Shown: one piece after another, positions 54,019 through 57,926 of the stretch
How positions within the stretch are numbered: the stretch's first letter is position 1
Layout of the letters: the number at the start of each line of letters is the position of its first letter
NCBI RefSeq assembly: GCF_028641065.1
Contig: NW_026575267.1
Span: 1-57,926, forward strand
From: Leucoraja erinacea
Lineage: Eukaryota
Reading direction: 5' to 3'
DNA: 57,926 nucleotides
Notes under the pieces: generated by a model
What the model was told of the DNA's origin: nothing
What the model saw: the letters and a program-made list of their open reading frames with translations, nothing else
Databases searched by the model: none
Made by a program: the position numbers and the translations under genes

Positions 54019-55259
54019 TCTGATCTATGTTTGATGCGTCAAGCGCCATATCCTATTTTGTTAGGAAGGGAATGCGTAGATAATAATTCTTCCCTTACAA
54101 CGCAGCTAAAACCCATCTGTTGCTGATGTCCAGTGTCTTTATCCCATATGACATATTTGGTAATTGGTGATTATGTCTGGATACGAGTAGATCGGCATCT
54201 GGTGTTCCATATGGTGTAGAAACATCAGCAAATACTATAGCCCAATATCCATTTGGTGTTCTCCTCCAAATTCCTCTCTCGATATATCAGCTGGACTAGA
54301 AGATTATGCGTTGTAAAATTCTATTGTGTATCCCCGGATACTGTTTAAGATATGAGTGTCAAAAAGTTATTTATTCGATGTCTTCTCGCACCAACCTCCT
54401 TGCTATCTTCTGGTTTTACTGTTTTCTTCTGGATCCCCGAGGCCGTGTGTTGTGGGTGTACACATCTTTGGACATAGGGGCGATACCTTTGAGGATGATG
54501 TTTGGACGTTTAGATGAGCTCCAATTTGGCTTCATTGTCCAACTCCTTGACCTTCTAGATAGGTCACCTCCAAATAAAAAGATTTTGCTAGGAGGTTTCG
54601 GGTTTACACAGGCCTGTGTCAATCCTGGTTGGATGTAACCAGATGCATAAATTGATTAGTTTAGTACCATTCAGGGATTTACAATCCCCAGTGGCAAGTG
54701 ACAGCTATGGTGTCAGCTAATGTTTGCCCCTGCAGTAGATAGAAAACATATGGTCTATGCTGGCTTCTAACCTGGTTTGTAGATCTTCCCCAGTTAGCTT
54801 TACTCACAGCTGTACTGTTGTTCCCCCTGAAACATAGACAGACATTCCCGTGTGACTTCCCAGATAGGAATGGAATTTGTCAGTAAATTTTTGGACTGCT
54901 AAATCCTTCAGTCACAACATAAGTATTCCTGTATTTCTATCAGGAAAGGACCAATAATGCACTTTATGTACTTTGTGACTTAGAAAAGGCATCACCTCAT
55001 TATTACAGCTCTTACATCTGTTTACCTGTCCAGGGTTTGCCCTAGACTTGACCCCAGCACTCTTCTGACAAAAGAGTCTACTGGGGGGAGAGAAGCATAA
55101 TTATAGCCCTATAGAAAAGGTGCTGCTTCCTTCTCCCTGAGTCTGTCTTTTCCTCAAGCACTTCCCTGTAATAGTAGAAGTGAGATACAGCCCTGTATAA
55201 GGTGCTGCTATGGGACTTACCCACTCGAGGATTTCTTCTTCTTTTTTGGACCTGCATCG

Positions 55260-55625
55260 CTGCAAACGCGGTATGTTCTCGCAGGTGCAGGTCCCGCAGT
55301 GTCAACGCGGTGCAGTGCTCACGGGCACTGAGTCCCCTGTAGTGCCGTTGGCCTGCGGTGCTCCAAAGCGCGGTGCAGTGCTCATGGCACTGAGCCACCC
55401 GTACTACCGTTAGCCTGCGGTGCTCCAACGCGGTTCAGTCCTCTCGGGGAGCTGGCCGCTCGCAACCGCAGGTATGGTAGTTAACTCGGTGCAGTGCTCC
55501 GCACTGTGCCGCCCCTTTCCCACTTGGGCCTGCGGAAGCTCCAATGCGGTGCAGTCCTCTCGGGGAACTGGCTGCTCGCGACGCAGGCCCAGCAGCTCCA
55601 ACGCGTACCCGGTGCTCTCAGGCAC
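55260..55625 (+). repeat. Degenerate GC-rich tandem repeat inside the DIRS-2 5' region
   Basis: Recurring GCGGTGCAGTGCTC / CTCCAACGCGGT units. Confidence 0.7.
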
Positions 55626-56410
55626 TGACCGCTTACCGCTATTTTTAGTGCTGTCGAAAACGAGCACCTTCCAGCCTCTCGGATCCATGTAGAGTAGGTC
55701 CGTGGGGCTGTTGACCGAGCCGTCGGAATGACGGCTCCAGAATGCTCCATCCGTTGTCGGCGTCCTGCTGGAGCTGAGGTCGGCTCCGGCTCCCGTTTAA
55801 GGGAGATAGTGGTGCCCCCGGCCGTTGCTGGCTGCCTGCAGTTCTGCAGATTCTCCCCCGCCAGTTTTCATCGGCCTTCCTGTAAAAAAAAAGGTAAGTA
55901 AAGAAACTAAGTTCTCCTACCTTACTGTTGCAGGTTCAACCCTGCCGTTTGGGAGGAACATCCTCCCTCTCGTAATGACTTGTTCACAATGCGTGTAGCG
56001 ATAATGGCACGCATGCGTACTGGCGGGCTCTTCATGTAGTCACTCACGTGACTCCGTTGTAAAATGGGTTATTAATGTTCAGAGTTTTGTTCGAGCCAGG
56101 TTTAATAGCCTGATGGTTGTGGGGAAGTAGCTATTCCTGAACCTGATCGTTGCAGTCTTCAATCTCCTGTACCTTCTACCTGAAGGTAGCAGGGGGATGA
56201 GTGTGTGGCCTGGATGGTGTGGGTCTTTGATGATACTGCCAGCCTTTTTGACGCAGCGACTTCGATAAATCCCCCCAATGGAAGGAAGGTCAGAGCCGAT
56301 GATGGACTGGGCAGCATTTACTACTTTTTGTAGTCTCATAGGCAGGACAGGGCGACTGCCTGGTTGCCGAACCAAGCCACGATGCAACCAGTCAGCATGC
56401 TCTCTACTGA

Positions 56411-57213
56411 CATTTACATGGTGTCAGATAAGAGACAACTCGGGTCTCCATTCGAGCCCGCGGTCTTTAATTTCTTTCATTAAGTGTTTATTTTCAGAAT
56501 CGCATTGACTGTTTGGTGGGTCAATGACCTCTGCCATTCTGCAGACGTGCGCGGCTTCATCTAAGGTCACATCGGGTTTGCGAACCGCTCAGATCTCAGC
56601 TTTTGACATCCCTGATCGCAAAATGTCTCAGACGAAGTTAAGCCTCTCTTCGACTCAACCTCTGGCTAAATAACATGAGAAGAGCGAGCAAGCTCGGTCC
56701 TCCCCAGGTTCGTCTGTGTCCTGTTACGCAAATTCAGGGCGCCTTTTGCGACCTGCCCTCTAGAGGGCAGGTTTAAAATCTCCGCGATTGCGTAACTCGG
56801 ACACCCAGGACCGCTGGGGAGTACCGGAGAGCTTGCTCGCTCTTCTCATGTTATTCTGGGCCGGCAAGGTTGCCGAAGAGAGGCCCATGACTCGTCTGGT
56901 TCACGATCAGAGATGTTTGTGGTGGCAGGGATGCTTGATCAAAAGCTGAGATCTGAGCTCCTTCGCAAACCCGATGTGACCTTAGATGAAGCCGCGCACG
57001 TCTGCAGAATGGCAGAGGTCATTGACCCACCAAACAGTCAATGCGATTCTGACACCAAATCAATTAATCTGACTGGGTTCAATAGACCGCGGGCTCGAAT
57101 GGAGAATACAAAGTTTATGTCTCGGGCCAACCCCGCATCTAGTAGTGAGCCCCCCATGAAGGTGCCCAAATTGCAACTATCTGCACTCCAGGCAGTCGCC
57201 CTGTCCTGCCTAT
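56411..57213 (+). mobile_element. Inverted, scrambled Gypsy 5' part: LTR end, PBS, gag fragments
   Basis: CATTTACA (reverse complement of LTR end 47405-47412) followed by TGGTGTCAGA PBS; gag-like LRSELLRKPDVTLDEAAHVCRMAE. Confidence 0.75.
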
Positions 57214-57905
57214 GAGACTACAAAAAGTAGTAAATGCTGCCCAGTCCATCATCGGCTCTGACCTTCCTTCCATTGGGGGGATTTATCGAAGTCGCTGCGT
57301 CAAAAAGGCTGGCAGTATCATCAAAGACCCACACCATTATGGCCACACACTCATCTCCCTGCTACCTTCAGGTAGAAGGTACAGGAGATTGAAGACTGCA
57401 ACGATCAGGTTCAGGAATAGCTACTTCCCCACAACCATCAGGCTATTAAACCTGGCTCGAACAAAACTCTGAACATTAATAACCCATTATCTGTTATTTG
57501 CGCTTCATCAGTATATTTATTCATGTGTTTTGTAATCAATGCCTACTATGTTCTGTTGTGCTGAAGCAAAGCAAGAATTTCATTGTCCTATCAGGGACAC
57601 ATGACAGAAAAAATCACTTGAACTTGAACTAAAAGATCCCTCCTCAATCTTCTAAATTCTAGCGAGTACAAGCCGAGTCTATCCAGTCTTTCTTCATATA
57701 AAAGTCCTGACATCCCAGGAATCAGTCTGGTGAACCTTTTCTGTACTCCCTCTATGGCAAGAATGTCTTTCCTCAGATTAGGAGACCAAAACTGTATGCA
57801 ATACTCCAGGTGTGGTCTCACCAAGACCCTGTACAACTGCAGTCGAACCTCCCTGCTCCTATACTGAAATCCTTTCGCTATGAATGCTAACATACCATTT
57901 GCTTC
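57214..57905. mobile_element. Rex/Babar 3' end (+, 57214-57630) followed by a CR1 fragment (-)
   Basis: RLQKVVNAAQSIIG...PSGRRYR...SYFPTTIRLLN; RPHLEYCIQFWSP. Confidence 0.88.
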
Positions 57906-57926
57906 ATTAGAGAGTGAGGGCAGAGA

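Larger units (their letters stand above)
51278..56065 (-). mobile_element. Second DIRS1-type element (DIRS-2), heavily frameshifted
   Basis: Termini and ICR (~51492-51603) nearly identical in design to DIRS-1; VAHINHMG RNase H remnant; YR remnants. Confidence 0.9.

Overview
Vertebrate genomic DNA, most likely a cartilaginous fish (skate/ray-like; inferred from an HE1-type SINE and dense CR1, Rex/Babar, Penelope and DIRS repeats). The window is a dispersed, decaying replication-dependent histone cluster: H4, two inverted H3.2 genes, two H2A genes, an H1 with a 5-aa wing deletion, and two H2B copies sharing a frameshift and a deleted stem-loop. It also holds several gene remnants (orphan H2A promoter, H2B C-terminal stubs, H2A and H4 3' flanks). 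The genes sit in a matrix of transposons: CR1, Rex/Babar, Penelope with hammerhead-like motifs, two DIRS elements with ITR/ICR, a full-length Tc1, tandem Helitrons and a rearranged Gypsy; a U2 snRNA retrocopy lies inside one DIRS. I see no firm evidence of a wholly new biological system. The most interesting signals are the doubly altered H2B, short templated insertions of histone-locus DNA into LINEs, a filled/empty DIRS site pair showing AAT crossover, and fossil histone-unit architecture. Repeat boundaries are approximate and were read by eye.
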